A stretch of DNA of 64,000 nucleotides, taken from Alphaproteobacteria bacterium (GTDB lineage: Bacteria; Pseudomonadota; Alphaproteobacteria; MPNO01). The notes beneath the pieces are model-generated. The model did no database searches. It had not been told where the DNA came from and worked only from the letters and a program-made list of their open reading frames with translations. How positions within the stretch are numbered: the first letter of the stretch is position 1; each line of letters opens with the position of its first letter. Shown here in pieces: positions 48,322-57,422 of this stretch. The position numbers and the translations under genes are program-made. Where the stretch lies: assembly GCA_965248835.1 (NCBI GenBank), contig CBDFLJ010000001.1, positions 1,696,001-1,760,000 on the forward strand. The letters run 5' to 3'.

Positions 48322-49902
48322 CTAAAGCGCCTCCAGCGCGCCGTCGGCGGCCATAGCGCGGAGGTCGGTCTTGCGGATCTTGCCGCTGGCGGTCAGCGGG
48401 AATTCATCGATGCGGAAGAACCGGGCCGGGACCTTGAACCGGGCGATCCGGTCCTCGCAGTAGCGCGCGAGAGCGGCTGCAGTGACCGGCCCGGCCGGCG
48501 TCAGCACCGCGGCCACGGTCTCGCCGTAATAGGCATCGGGCAGGCCGAAGACCGCGGCGTCGGCGACCGCTTCGTGGGCGCGCAGCAGGTTCTCGATCTC
48601 CACCGGATAGATGTTCTCGCCGCCGCGGATGATCATGTCGCGCAGCCGTCCGCCGGCGACCACGACATTGCCGTCCCCGGTCAGGTAGCCGAGGTCGCCG
48701 GTGCGCATCCAGCCGTCCGCGCCGATGGTCTCGGCGGTCGCTTCCGGGTTGTCGAAATAGCCCCGCATCACCATCGGTCCGCGGGTTCGGATCTCGCCGA
48801 TCTGACCGGCCGGGCGGTCCGCGCCGGTCTCGGAGTCAGTGATGCGGACCTCGGCGCCGGGCAAAGGCGGGCCGCAGGTCTCGAACCGCTCCGGTGCGGT
48901 GTGATCGGCAAGGCTGATCAGCGTGCTGGCCTCGGTCTGGCCGTAGACCTGGACGATGCCCGGGATCGGCATCGCCTCCGCGCAGCGCGCGAGCAGAACC
49001 GGATCGGTGTCCGCCCCGCCGCAGGTACCCGCGCGCAGGCTCGACAGATCGTGCGCGGTGCGCGCGGGGTGGTCCAGCATGGCAAGGAACGAGGTCGGCA
49101 CGCCGGACAGCATCGTGCAGCGCTCGTCTTCAATGACGCGAAACATCGTCGACGGATCGAACGCCGGAACCCCGACATAGCATGCGCCCCGCTGCACCGT
49201 GCCCAGCACGCACATGATGCAGCCGGCGCAGTGGAAAAGCGGGATGATCGAGGTCCAACGGTCGGTCTCGCCGACCCCCAGCCGGCCGGAGATTCCCCAG
49301 GCATTGGCCAGCATCCCGGCGTGCGTCAAAAGCGCGCCCTTGGGAAAGCCCGTGGTCCCCGAGGTGTATTGCAGCGACCCCACCGCATCGGGCGCCACGG
49401 CGGGCAGCGCGGTGGTGCTCGCCCGCCCCGCCGCCGCGAGCGCGGCATAGCCCGTGCAGTCCGGCGCCGCGCGATCGATGCAGATCAGCCTGTCCAGATC
49501 CGGCAGCTCGCCGCGGAGGCCGCGGACCGTCGCGAGATAGCGGTTGCTGCGGAAAGCCTCCGACAGGAACAGCGCGCGCGTCCTGGAATGGCCCAGCGCA
49601 TAGCCCAGATCCTCGCGGCGGTAATGGGTGTTCAGCGGGACCGCGACCGCGCCGGCCATCGCGATGGCGAGCTGGATCACCGACCATTCGATCCGCGCCT
49701 CGGCGAGGATCCCGACATGGCTGCCCGGCCCGATGCCGCTGTCGACCAGCCCGCGGGCGAGCGCGGTCGCCTCATCGTGCCATTGGCGATAGCTCAGGCG
49801 GTGGCCGGATTCGGGGAACACCAGCGCTTCGGCGTCGCCGCGCACGGCCGCTTGTCTCGCCAGCGCCTCACCCGGCGTGGCAAACGGTGTCAGCCCGTCC
49901 AT
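48322..49902 (-). CDS. AMP-binding acyl-CoA synthetase
   Basis: YTSGTTGFPKG, YGQTE, TGDLG, GRLRDMIIRGGENIYP, PLTASGK. Confidence 0.93.
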   Translation of the reverse strand: MDGLTPFATPGEALARQAAVRGDAEALVFPESGHRLSYRQWHDEATALARGLVDSGIGPGSHVGILAEARIEWSVIQLAIAMAGAVAVPLNTHYRREDLGYALGHSRTRALFLSEAFRSNRYLATVRGLRGELPDLDRLICIDRAAPDCTGYAALAAAGRASTTALPAVAPDAVGSLQYTSGTTGFPKGALLTHAGMLANAWGISGRLGVGETDRWTSIIPLFHCAGCIMCVLGTVQRGACYVGVPAFDPSTMFRVIEDERCTMLSGVPTSFLAMLDHPARTAHDLSSLRAGTCGGADTDPVLLARCAEAMPIPGIVQVYGQTEASTLISLADHTAPERFETCGPPLPGAEVRITDSETGADRPAGQIGEIRTRGPMVMRGYFDNPEATAETIGADGWMRTGDLGYLTGDGNVVVAGGRLRDMIIRGGENIYPVEIENLLRAHEAVADAAVFGLPDAYYGETVAAVLTPAGPVTAAALARYCEDRIARFKVPARFFRIDEFPLTASGKIRKTDLRAMAADGALEAL

Positions 49903-49943
49903 CCGTCGGCTTGAGCCCGTCGTTCGACAGTCCAGGGGGGGCG

Positions 49944-51233
49944 ATGATATCTTCCGGCCCGGCCCCGGCCAATGTCATGTCCCGCCACCCTTCAGGGCGT
50001 CCCGGCTTGTCCGAACCCGGAATCGAAATCAATCCTGGCCGCCTGATCGCCGACATGCGGGCGCTGGCCGCGTTCGGCAAGCTCGGCAGCGGCGTCAGCC
50101 GCGTCGCGTTCTCCGAACCCGACATTGCCGCCCGGCATTGGCTGCGCCGGCGCATGGAAGAGGCCGGGCTGGAGGCGGTGATCGACAACGCGGCCAACGT
50201 CATCGGCCGCATGCGCTCGGACCGGCCGGGCGTGCTGATCGGCAGCCACAGCGATTCGGTGCCCCAGGGCGGCTGGCTCGACGGCGCGATGGGGGTGATC
50301 TACGGCCTGGAGATCGCACGCGCGGTGATCGAGGCCGATGCGGCTGAACGCTTCCCGGTCGATGCGGTCTCTTTCCAGGACGAGGAGACGACCTACCTTG
50401 CGACCTTCGGCAGCCGCAGCCTGTTCGGCGAGGTGCAGCCCGGCGAGATCGAGGCCGCACGCAATATCGACGGCCGGCCGCTGGCCGAGGCAATCGGCGC
50501 GGCCGGCGTGGCGGGCAACCCGGAGGTCCGGCTGGACCCGGCCCGGTACGCGGCCTATCTCGAGGCCCATATCGAACAGGGGCCGCGGCTGGAGGCGGCG
50601 GGCCTGCGGATCGGGATTGTGACCGCGATCGTCGGCATCCGGCGCTACCGGATCGAGATCGCCGGCGAAGCTGGCCACGCGGGCACGGTGCCGATGGATA
50701 TGCGCAAGGACGCCGGTGCCGCGGCAATTACGCTGGCCAATGCGATCCTGGAGGAATTCCGCAGCCTTGCCGGTCCCGATTCGGTATGGAACATCGGCAC
50801 CATGACTCTCACCCCCGGTGCGGCGAACGTGGTTCCGTCCAAGGCCGAGTTCGTCGTCGAACTGCGCGATACCGACGAGGCGGCGATCGACCTGCTGGGC
50901 TCCCGGCTGGAGGCGCTTGTCCGGGACCGGGCCGGCCGCAACGGCCTGCCGGTGGAGGTCACACGGCCGCTCGACATCGCACCGTCGCGGATGGACCCGG
51001 CGCTCGGCACACGGATCGAAGAGGCGGCCAAGGCGCGCGGCGCGCCCTACATGTACATGCCCAGCGGCGCCGGCCACGACGCGATGATCGCGTCGCGCCA
51101 CATGCCGTCCGCGATGCTGTTCGTCCCCTCGATCGGCGGCCGCAGCCACACCCTGGTCGAGGACACCGATGAAGCCGACATCATCCTCGGCTGCCAGGTC
51201 CTCGCCGACGCGGTCACCCGGATTCTGGCCTGA
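49944..51233 (+). CDS. M20 Zn-dependent hydrolase, N-carbamoyl-amino acid/allantoate amidohydrolase family (start uncertain)
   Basis: GSHSDSVPQGGWLDG, DEE, EAHIEQGP, GHAGT, SGAGHDA, SH. Confidence 0.92.
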   Translation: MISSGPAPANVMSRHPSGRPGLSEPGIEINPGRLIADMRALAAFGKLGSGVSRVAFSEPDIAARHWLRRRMEEAGLEAVIDNAANVIGRMRSDRPGVLIGSHSDSVPQGGWLDGAMGVIYGLEIARAVIEADAAERFPVDAVSFQDEETTYLATFGSRSLFGEVQPGEIEAARNIDGRPLAEAIGAAGVAGNPEVRLDPARYAAYLEAHIEQGPRLEAAGLRIGIVTAIVGIRRYRIEIAGEAGHAGTVPMDMRKDAGAAAITLANAILEEFRSLAGPDSVWNIGTMTLTPGAANVVPSKAEFVVELRDTDEAAIDLLGSRLEALVRDRAGRNGLPVEVTRPLDIAPSRMDPALGTRIEEAAKARGAPYMYMPSGAGHDAMIASRHMPSAMLFVPSIGGRSHTLVEDTDEADIILGCQVLADAVTRILA

Positions 51234-51246
51234 AACGTTTCAGGCC
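51227..51246. repeat. Perfect 20-bp palindrome at a gene junction
   Basis: GGCCTGAAACGTTTCAGGCC equals its own reverse complement and spans the TGA stop of the upstream gene. Confidence 0.8.
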
Positions 51247-51304
51247 GCACTTCTCGCTGAAGGAGCTGTTCGACGTCCGGGTCAATCGTCAGCGTGGTTC
51301 GCAT
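51247..51304 (-). pseudogene. Truncated VapB-like (RHH) antitoxin N-terminus
   Basis: MRTTLTIDPDVEQLLQREVR resembles MRTTLxIDDD-type antitoxins. Upstream TTGACA (51340-51335) and GCATC-N2-GATGC inverted repeat. No toxin gene follows. Confidence 0.55.
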
Positions 51305-51518
51305 GGATAGCATCTCGATGCGCCTGATTATTGATGTCAAGATGTCTCTGATTGGCAGAGGCTTCGTCTGCCCTCACGGTTTGCCGCCCGACGACAGCCT
51401 CCCCGCACACCGGAGATCCGCCCCGCCGCACTTGGCTGCGATTTCCGCATGGCATAACCTGCTTTGCCGATCCTGATCGTCGGTGCCGCGGCGGACGGCA
51501 AGCTGCAGGGAGACCGAT

Positions 51519-53084
51519 GTGAGCTTCGCAATGACCCGAAGCGCTGGAGACCAAGATGTCGAGCGATTCCGTCTTGGCGCGTTCGTCGACCTGATCGATC
51601 GCCAGGGTGAGCTCGAACGCTATCGCGAGCCGATCGACCTGATCGATATCGCCGCCCAGCTGGACGGCAACCCGAAAGCGGTGCTGTTCGAGGCCGCCGG
51701 ACCCGAGAAGGCCCGGATGGTCGGCAACGTCATGGGCAGCCGGGACCGGTTGGCGCTCGCCATGGGGGTCGACAAGCGCGACCTGCTGGCGACGGTCATC
51801 GAGCGGCTGCGCGGCGCCATCCCGCCGGTCGAGGTGACCAGCGCCCAGGCGCCCTGCCACCAGGTCGTCCTGCAGGGCGAGGAGGCGGACTTCACCAGGC
51901 TTCCGGTCCACCTGCAGCACCAATGGGACGGCGGACCCTATATTTCCGCCGGCATCGACATCACCGCCGCGCCCGACGGTACCAAGCGGAACGTCGGCTA
52001 CCGCCGCATGATGTTGCGCGGGCGCAAGGAGGCGGGGATCGATCTGATCGCACCAAGCGATCTGCGCGGGATCTACGGCGCGTATGCCGGCCAGAAACAG
52101 CGCATGCCGATGGTCTTCGTCATCGGCTCGCACCCGGCCGACGGCATCGCCGCGACCAGCATGACGATGCACGCCGACGAGATCGGGGTCATGGGCTCGG
52201 TCCGCGGCGCACCGGTACCGATGGTGAAGTGCGTCACCACCGACGCCTATGTGCCCGCCGATGCGGAGATCGTGCTCGAAGGCTATCTCGACGAGAACGG
52301 CTGGTACGAGCCGGAAGGCCCCTACGGCGAGTATGTCGGCTATTACGGCCACATGAAGGTCAACCCGGTCTTTCACCTCAGCGCGATCACGATGCGCCGC
52401 GACGCGGTGTTCCAGACCGCAACGATCGGCGGCCGCTTCCTGGCCCGGACGGACACCGCGCAACTGTGCGCGCTGCGCAGCGAGGCCGCGGTCTGGCAGT
52501 CGCTGGAGACCTCGATACGCGAGCCGGTGTCGGTCTATTGCACCGCGTCCTGCGGCGGCATGTTCAACGTCCGGATCTCACTCAGGCAGGGGTATCCGGG
52601 AGAGGTCCGCAACGCGCTCACCGCGGTGATCGGCTCCAAGGCCGATTGCAAGCACGTCTTCGCGGTCGATCCGGACATCGACATCTTTTCGGACGAGCAG
52701 ATGGATTGGGCGTTCGCGACACGGTTCCAGGCCGACCGGGATCTGATGGTGACCACGGGGCACCGGGCCGTGCCGCTCGACCCGTCGCTGGGTGGAGCGC
52801 GGCAGGGCGCCAAGGCGGGGTTCGATCTGACGCTGCCCTTCGGCTGGGACCCGAAGACCGACTATCTGGTGCCCGAGCCGCCCAAGCTCGGCCCGCCGAG
52901 AAATCAAACCGTGCATGAATTGCTCAGGACGGGTCCGCAACATTTCCGCGACCTGATGGAAGGCACTGGCAGCCGGGACGGGCGGGACGTGATCCTCGAC
53001 CTTGACGCGGTCAGGAACGATGTCGGTCTCCAACGGCTCGACGACGGGCGTTACGCGCTGCCCGAAAGCCCGTCCCGGACCTGA
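51519..53084 (+). CDS. UbiD family (prFMN-dependent) decarboxylase with C-terminal extension
   Basis: DGGPYIS, NVGYRR, VPADAEIVLEG, EGPYGEYVGYY, VDPDIDI, WAFATRFQ, LDPS. Confidence 0.92.
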   Translation: MSFAMTRSAGDQDVERFRLGAFVDLIDRQGELERYREPIDLIDIAAQLDGNPKAVLFEAAGPEKARMVGNVMGSRDRLALAMGVDKRDLLATVIERLRGAIPPVEVTSAQAPCHQVVLQGEEADFTRLPVHLQHQWDGGPYISAGIDITAAPDGTKRNVGYRRMMLRGRKEAGIDLIAPSDLRGIYGAYAGQKQRMPMVFVIGSHPADGIAATSMTMHADEIGVMGSVRGAPVPMVKCVTTDAYVPADAEIVLEGYLDENGWYEPEGPYGEYVGYYGHMKVNPVFHLSAITMRRDAVFQTATIGGRFLARTDTAQLCALRSEAAVWQSLETSIREPVSVYCTASCGGMFNVRISLRQGYPGEVRNALTAVIGSKADCKHVFAVDPDIDIFSDEQMDWAFATRFQADRDLMVTTGHRAVPLDPSLGGARQGAKAGFDLTLPFGWDPKTDYLVPEPPKLGPPRNQTVHELLRTGPQHFRDLMEGTGSRDGRDVILDLDAVRNDVGLQRLDDGRYALPESPSRT

Positions 53085-53111
53085 AGGGAGCCGGAGACCG
53101 GGCGGCATCGG

Positions 53112-54563
53112 GTGGAGACGCTGATCAAGGGCTGCCGGGCTCTGCTGCCGGATGGCGGCGGGCTGGCGATGCGGGACTGCGATATCGTTGTCCGCGATGG
53201 CGCGGTCGCTGCGGTCGCCGGTCCCGGCGAGGTCGAGACCGGCGCCGGCGCGACGATCCTTTCCGGCACCGACCGGCTGGTCGTCCCGGGGTTCGTCAAT
53301 GCCCATACCCATTCGCCGTCGAACATGCTGCGCGGCACGGCGGACGGGATGGACCATGTCGGGTTCATGTGGATGAACCAGGCCGACAATTTCGGCCGCA
53401 GCGCGGAGGAGGTCGAGATCGCGGCCGCGCTTGGCGCGCTCGACATGCTGCGCTCGGGCGTGACGTCGGCGATCGACCACTACCCGGAGCAGAACTGCAC
53501 GGCGGCGGCAGTGGCGCCGGTTGCGCGCGCCTATGCCGGCATCGGCATGCGGGCCGCGATCGCGCTGCGCGTCTTCGACATGGCCTATGACGACATCGAC
53601 CCGGCCCGGTTCGACGGCCTGGACGCGGAGGTCCCCGCGGACAACCCGCTCACGCCGGTCCCCGCCGATGAGATCGATGCCATGTGCCGCGAAGCGGCAA
53701 CAACCTGGCACGGCCATGGCGGGCTGATCTCGATCTTCCCCGGCCCGTCCAACCCGATCCGCTGTTCCGACGACCTGCTGGTGCGCTGCCATCGCATCGC
53801 CGTCGACCACGACCTCGGCATCCACGCCCATCTCCTGGAGACCCGCATCCAGCAACGCCTGGCGGCCGAGCGCTACGGCCATTCGATGGTGGCCCAGATG
53901 GCGGCGCTCGGCATCCTCGACCGGCGCTGGTCGTTCGCCCACGCGGTCTGGGTCGATGACCACGATATCGCACTCCTGGCCGAGCACCGGGCCGTGGTGG
54001 TCCACAACCCGCACTCGAACGCGAAGATCGGTGCGGGCGTGGCGCCGGTGGCAAAGATGCTCAAGGCCGGGGTGCAGGTGGCGCTCGGCACCGACGGGGC
54101 GAGCACCAACGATACCTTGAGCCTGCACGAAGCGATGACGCTGGCCTGTCTGCTGCCGCGTGTCTCGGGCACCGACCGGGCCGACTGGCCAGGGCCCGCG
54201 GCAGCCGTCGGGCTGGCGACGACCGGCGGGGCCGCGGCGCTGAACATGGCCGGCACGCTCGGGGCGATCGCCCCCGGCATGCGGGCCGATCTGGTGCTCT
54301 ATGACCTGAAGACGCCGACATTCGCGCCGCTCAACGACCCGGTCCAGCACCTGGTGTTTTCCGAGCGCGGGCGTTCGGTCGCGACCGTGCTGGTCGACGG
54401 CGCCGTGGTCTATGACGGGGGCCGCTACATATCGGCCGATGCCGATGCGGTAATCGCCGAAGCGCGGTCGATGCGCAACAGCCAGCGCGGGCGCAATCGG
54501 CGGCTCTACCGGTTCGCCGAGGCGCTGGTCCGCGCCCAGGAACGGGCCGGCGCGGCGCATTAG
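53112..54563 (+). CDS. Amidohydrolase, AtzA/TrzA/MTA-SAH deaminase-like
   Basis: PGFVNAHTH, HAHLLET, AHAVW, HNPHSN, LGTDG, GAIAPGMRADL. Confidence 0.9.
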   Translation: METLIKGCRALLPDGGGLAMRDCDIVVRDGAVAAVAGPGEVETGAGATILSGTDRLVVPGFVNAHTHSPSNMLRGTADGMDHVGFMWMNQADNFGRSAEEVEIAAALGALDMLRSGVTSAIDHYPEQNCTAAAVAPVARAYAGIGMRAAIALRVFDMAYDDIDPARFDGLDAEVPADNPLTPVPADEIDAMCREAATTWHGHGGLISIFPGPSNPIRCSDDLLVRCHRIAVDHDLGIHAHLLETRIQQRLAAERYGHSMVAQMAALGILDRRWSFAHAVWVDDHDIALLAEHRAVVVHNPHSNAKIGAGVAPVAKMLKAGVQVALGTDGASTNDTLSLHEAMTLACLLPRVSGTDRADWPGPAAAVGLATTGGAAALNMAGTLGAIAPGMRADLVLYDLKTPTFAPLNDPVQHLVFSERGRSVATVLVDGAVVYDGGRYISADADAVIAEARSMRNSQRGRNRRLYRFAEALVRAQERAGAAH

Positions 54564-54625
54564 GCTTGCCCGGGGCCGGCTCTTCGCCCACCATCTGCGC
54601 GACACCGAACGGGGCTTGCGGCAAC

Positions 54626-55918
54626 ATGGCGGAGAACAGGGCCACCGGGCTCGACATCGCATGGGCGAGGGACGACGGCACAAGGGTGCCGTTCGAGGTG
54701 TTCAACGACCGGGCGCTGTACGAGCTGGAGCTGGATCGTATCTTTACCGGTCCGCACTGGCAGTATCTCGCCCTGGAGCAGGAGATTGCCGAGCCGGGCG
54801 ATTACGCCACCACCTATCTCGGCGAGCGCCGGGTGGTGGTCGCCCGCGCCCTGGACGGGCGGATCCACGCCTTCGAGAACCGCTGCGCCCACCGCGGCGC
54901 CCAGGTCGTCACCCGGCTGCGCGGCAACGCCAAGCAGTTCAACTGCCCCTATCACATGTGGTGCTACGACCATGCCGGCAGCCTGACCGCGGTGCCCCAG
55001 CAGAAGGGCGTCAAGGGCCGGGGCGGCATGCCGGAGGACTTCGACCTTGCCGGCCGGGGGATGCGCAAGCTCCGGACGGCCTGCTACCGCGGTCTGGTTT
55101 TCGGCACCTTTGCCGATGAGATCATGCCCTTGGAGGCCTATCTCGGGGCGAATGCGGTCAAGCAGATCGACCGGATCACCGACCGGCCGCTCCGCCGGCT
55201 GGGCTATTTCCGCCAGGTGGTGGAGGCCAACTGGAAGCTCTATGCCGAGAACACGCGTGATCCCTACCACGCGCCGCTGCTGCATCTGTTCCATGTCACC
55301 TTCGGCATCCAGACACCGGCGATGAAAGGCGCCGCGCTGATGGATCCCGAACTGAAGAACAACTGCATCCTTTCGATCGCTGATCCGGACGATGCCAAGG
55401 ACCACGACGTGCTGGTCGAGCAGTACAGCACCAACGCCAAGTACCGGCCGGAGTTCGCGCTCAAGGACCCGCGGCTGATCGGCACCAAACGGTCGTTCGA
55501 CGACGACATCAACCTGGTGATCCTGTCGATCTTTCCCTCGCTGGTGATCGCTCAGGTCGAGGGCGCCTTCCAGATCCGCCACGTGCGCCCCAAGGGGCCG
55601 GAGAAGTTCGAGATCTACTGGACCTATTTCGGCTTTGCCGACGCGGATGCGGACGAGCACGAGGACAAGCTCCGGCTCGCCAACATGATCGGGCCGGCTG
55701 GTTTCATCTCGATGGAGGACGGCGAGGCCGCAAGGCTGGTGCAGCAGGGCGTGCGCACCCAGCGCGGCGACAGCGCATTCATCGAGATGGGCGGCCGCGG
55801 TCCGGTCGAGGACCAGGACCACCTTGTCACCGAGGTCGCGATCCGCGGCTTCTGGCAGTACTACCGAAAGGTAATGCGGTTCAACCCGACGCAAGGGTCC
55901 GGCGATGGCGTGCGATGA
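54626..55918 (+). CDS. Aromatic ring-hydroxylating oxygenase alpha subunit (salicylate hydroxylase/anthranilate dioxygenase-like)
   Basis: NRCAHRG..CPYH, NWKLYAENTRDPYHAPLLH, ANMIGPAGFISMEDGE, IRGFW. Confidence 0.9.
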   Translation: MAENRATGLDIAWARDDGTRVPFEVFNDRALYELELDRIFTGPHWQYLALEQEIAEPGDYATTYLGERRVVVARALDGRIHAFENRCAHRGAQVVTRLRGNAKQFNCPYHMWCYDHAGSLTAVPQQKGVKGRGGMPEDFDLAGRGMRKLRTACYRGLVFGTFADEIMPLEAYLGANAVKQIDRITDRPLRRLGYFRQVVEANWKLYAENTRDPYHAPLLHLFHVTFGIQTPAMKGAALMDPELKNNCILSIADPDDAKDHDVLVEQYSTNAKYRPEFALKDPRLIGTKRSFDDDINLVILSIFPSLVIAQVEGAFQIRHVRPKGPEKFEIYWTYFGFADADADEHEDKLRLANMIGPAGFISMEDGEAARLVQQGVRTQRGDSAFIEMGGRGPVEDQDHLVTEVAIRGFWQYYRKVMRFNPTQGSGDGVR

Positions 55919-56393
55919 CCCGCAGGCCGGCGCGCCCTATGTCGAGCTGCTGGCGCTCTATGCCGACTACGCGCTGGCCCTGGAGGAGCGCCGTTTCGAG
56001 GATTGGCCGGGCTATTTCACCCGGACCTGCGTGTATGAGGTCCAGTCGCGCGAGAACCGCGAGCTCGACCTGCCCGGCGCGCTGATCATGTGCGACACGC
56101 GCGCCATGATCGAAGACCGCATCACCGTCCTGCGCGACACGCTGACCTACCCCTACCTGCACATCCGGCATCTGGTCGCCAACCTGCGCGTGCTCGAAGC
56201 CGGAGACGGATCCTGGCGGACCAGCGCGAGCTACCTGGTGCTGCATTCGACCGAGGAAGGCGAGACCCGGATCTATTCCACCGGCAAGTACGAGGACGAG
56301 ATCGTCCGCGAGGACGGTGCGCTCCGGTTCCGCAAGAAGATCGTGATCGCCGATACGTTTGCGATCGACAATTTGCTGGCAGTGCCGCTGTAG
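55905..56393 (+). CDS. Aromatic ring-hydroxylating oxygenase beta subunit
   Basis: DYALAL..FEDWP..F..C.YEVQSREN, DRI, RHLV, GKYED, LAVPL. Confidence 0.9.
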   Translation: MACDDPQAGAPYVELLALYADYALALEERRFEDWPGYFTRTCVYEVQSRENRELDLPGALIMCDTRAMIEDRITVLRDTLTYPYLHIRHLVANLRVLEAGDGSWRTSASYLVLHSTEEGETRIYSTGKYEDEIVREDGALRFRKKIVIADTFAIDNLLAVPL

Positions 56394-56420
56394 GCCCCGA
56401 TGTCGGAGTCAGAACACGCG

Positions 56421-57389
56421 ATGACCAAGGCGCTGGTGGTTCACGAATATGGCGGGCCGGAGGTGCTGCGGCTCGAAGACGTCGATGTCGGCGCGCCCGG
56501 GCCGGGCGAGATCCGCATGCGTCATACCGCGATCGGGCTCAACCTGTCCGATACCTACCGCCGGCGCGGCGTCTATCCGCTGGCGTTGCCGGTGATCGTC
56601 GGCTCCGAAGGCGCCGGCGTAGTCACCGCGCTCGGCCCGGATGTCGACGGGCTCGCCCTTGGCGAGCGCATCGCCTATGCCGGTCCGCTCGGCGCCTATG
56701 CCGCCGAGCGCCTGATCGCCGCCGACAAAATCGTCCGCCTGCCCGAGGCGATCGATGACCGCACGGCCGCGGCGATGATGCTCAAGGGCCTGACCGTCCA
56801 CTACCTGCTGCACTGGACCTATCCGGTCCAGCGCGGCGACACCGTGCTCGTCCACGCCGCTGCGGGCGGCGTCGGGCTGATTTTCTGCCAATGGGCGAAA
56901 CACCTGGGCGCGACCGTCATCGGCACCGTCGGCTCGTCCGCCAAGGCCGCGATCGCCGCCGCGCACGGCTGCGATCATCCGATCGTCTATACTGAGCGGA
57001 GTTTTCGCGAGGCGACGATGGAAATCACCGGCGGCGAGGGCGTGCATGCGGTCTACGATTCGATCGGCGCGGACACGTTCGCGGACTCCATCGCCTGCGC
57101 CCGGCCGCGCGGGGTGATCGCGGGCTTCGGCCAGGCCTCGGGTCCGTTCCCGCCCCTCGATACCGGGCTGTTGGCGCGCGGCTCGAAGTTCGTCACCCGG
57201 CCCGGGCTCGCCGATCACATCGCCACGCGGGAGATGATCGAGACCGGCGCCGGCCGGCTGTTCGACCTCGTCGGCGCCGGCGTGGTGCGGATCAACGTCA
57301 ATCAGGTCTATCCGCTTGAACAGGCCGCCCAGGCGCACGCCGACCTCGAAGGCCGCAAGACCACGGGCTCGACGGTGCTCATCCCCTGA
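56421..57389 (+). CDS. qor: Quinone oxidoreductase (zeta-crystallin/MDR family)
   Basis: YGGPEVL, GSEGAG, HAAAGGVG, VYDSIG, AHADLEGRKTTGSTVL. Confidence 0.9.
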   Translation: MTKALVVHEYGGPEVLRLEDVDVGAPGPGEIRMRHTAIGLNLSDTYRRRGVYPLALPVIVGSEGAGVVTALGPDVDGLALGERIAYAGPLGAYAAERLIAADKIVRLPEAIDDRTAAAMMLKGLTVHYLLHWTYPVQRGDTVLVHAAAGGVGLIFCQWAKHLGATVIGTVGSSAKAAIAAAHGCDHPIVYTERSFREATMEITGGEGVHAVYDSIGADTFADSIACARPRGVIAGFGQASGPFPPLDTGLLARGSKFVTRPGLADHIATREMIETGAGRLFDLVGAGVVRINVNQVYPLEQAAQAHADLEGRKTTGSTVLIP

Positions 57390-57422
57390 GCGGGCCATGC
57401 TGGAGACGAAACGGAGCAGTCG

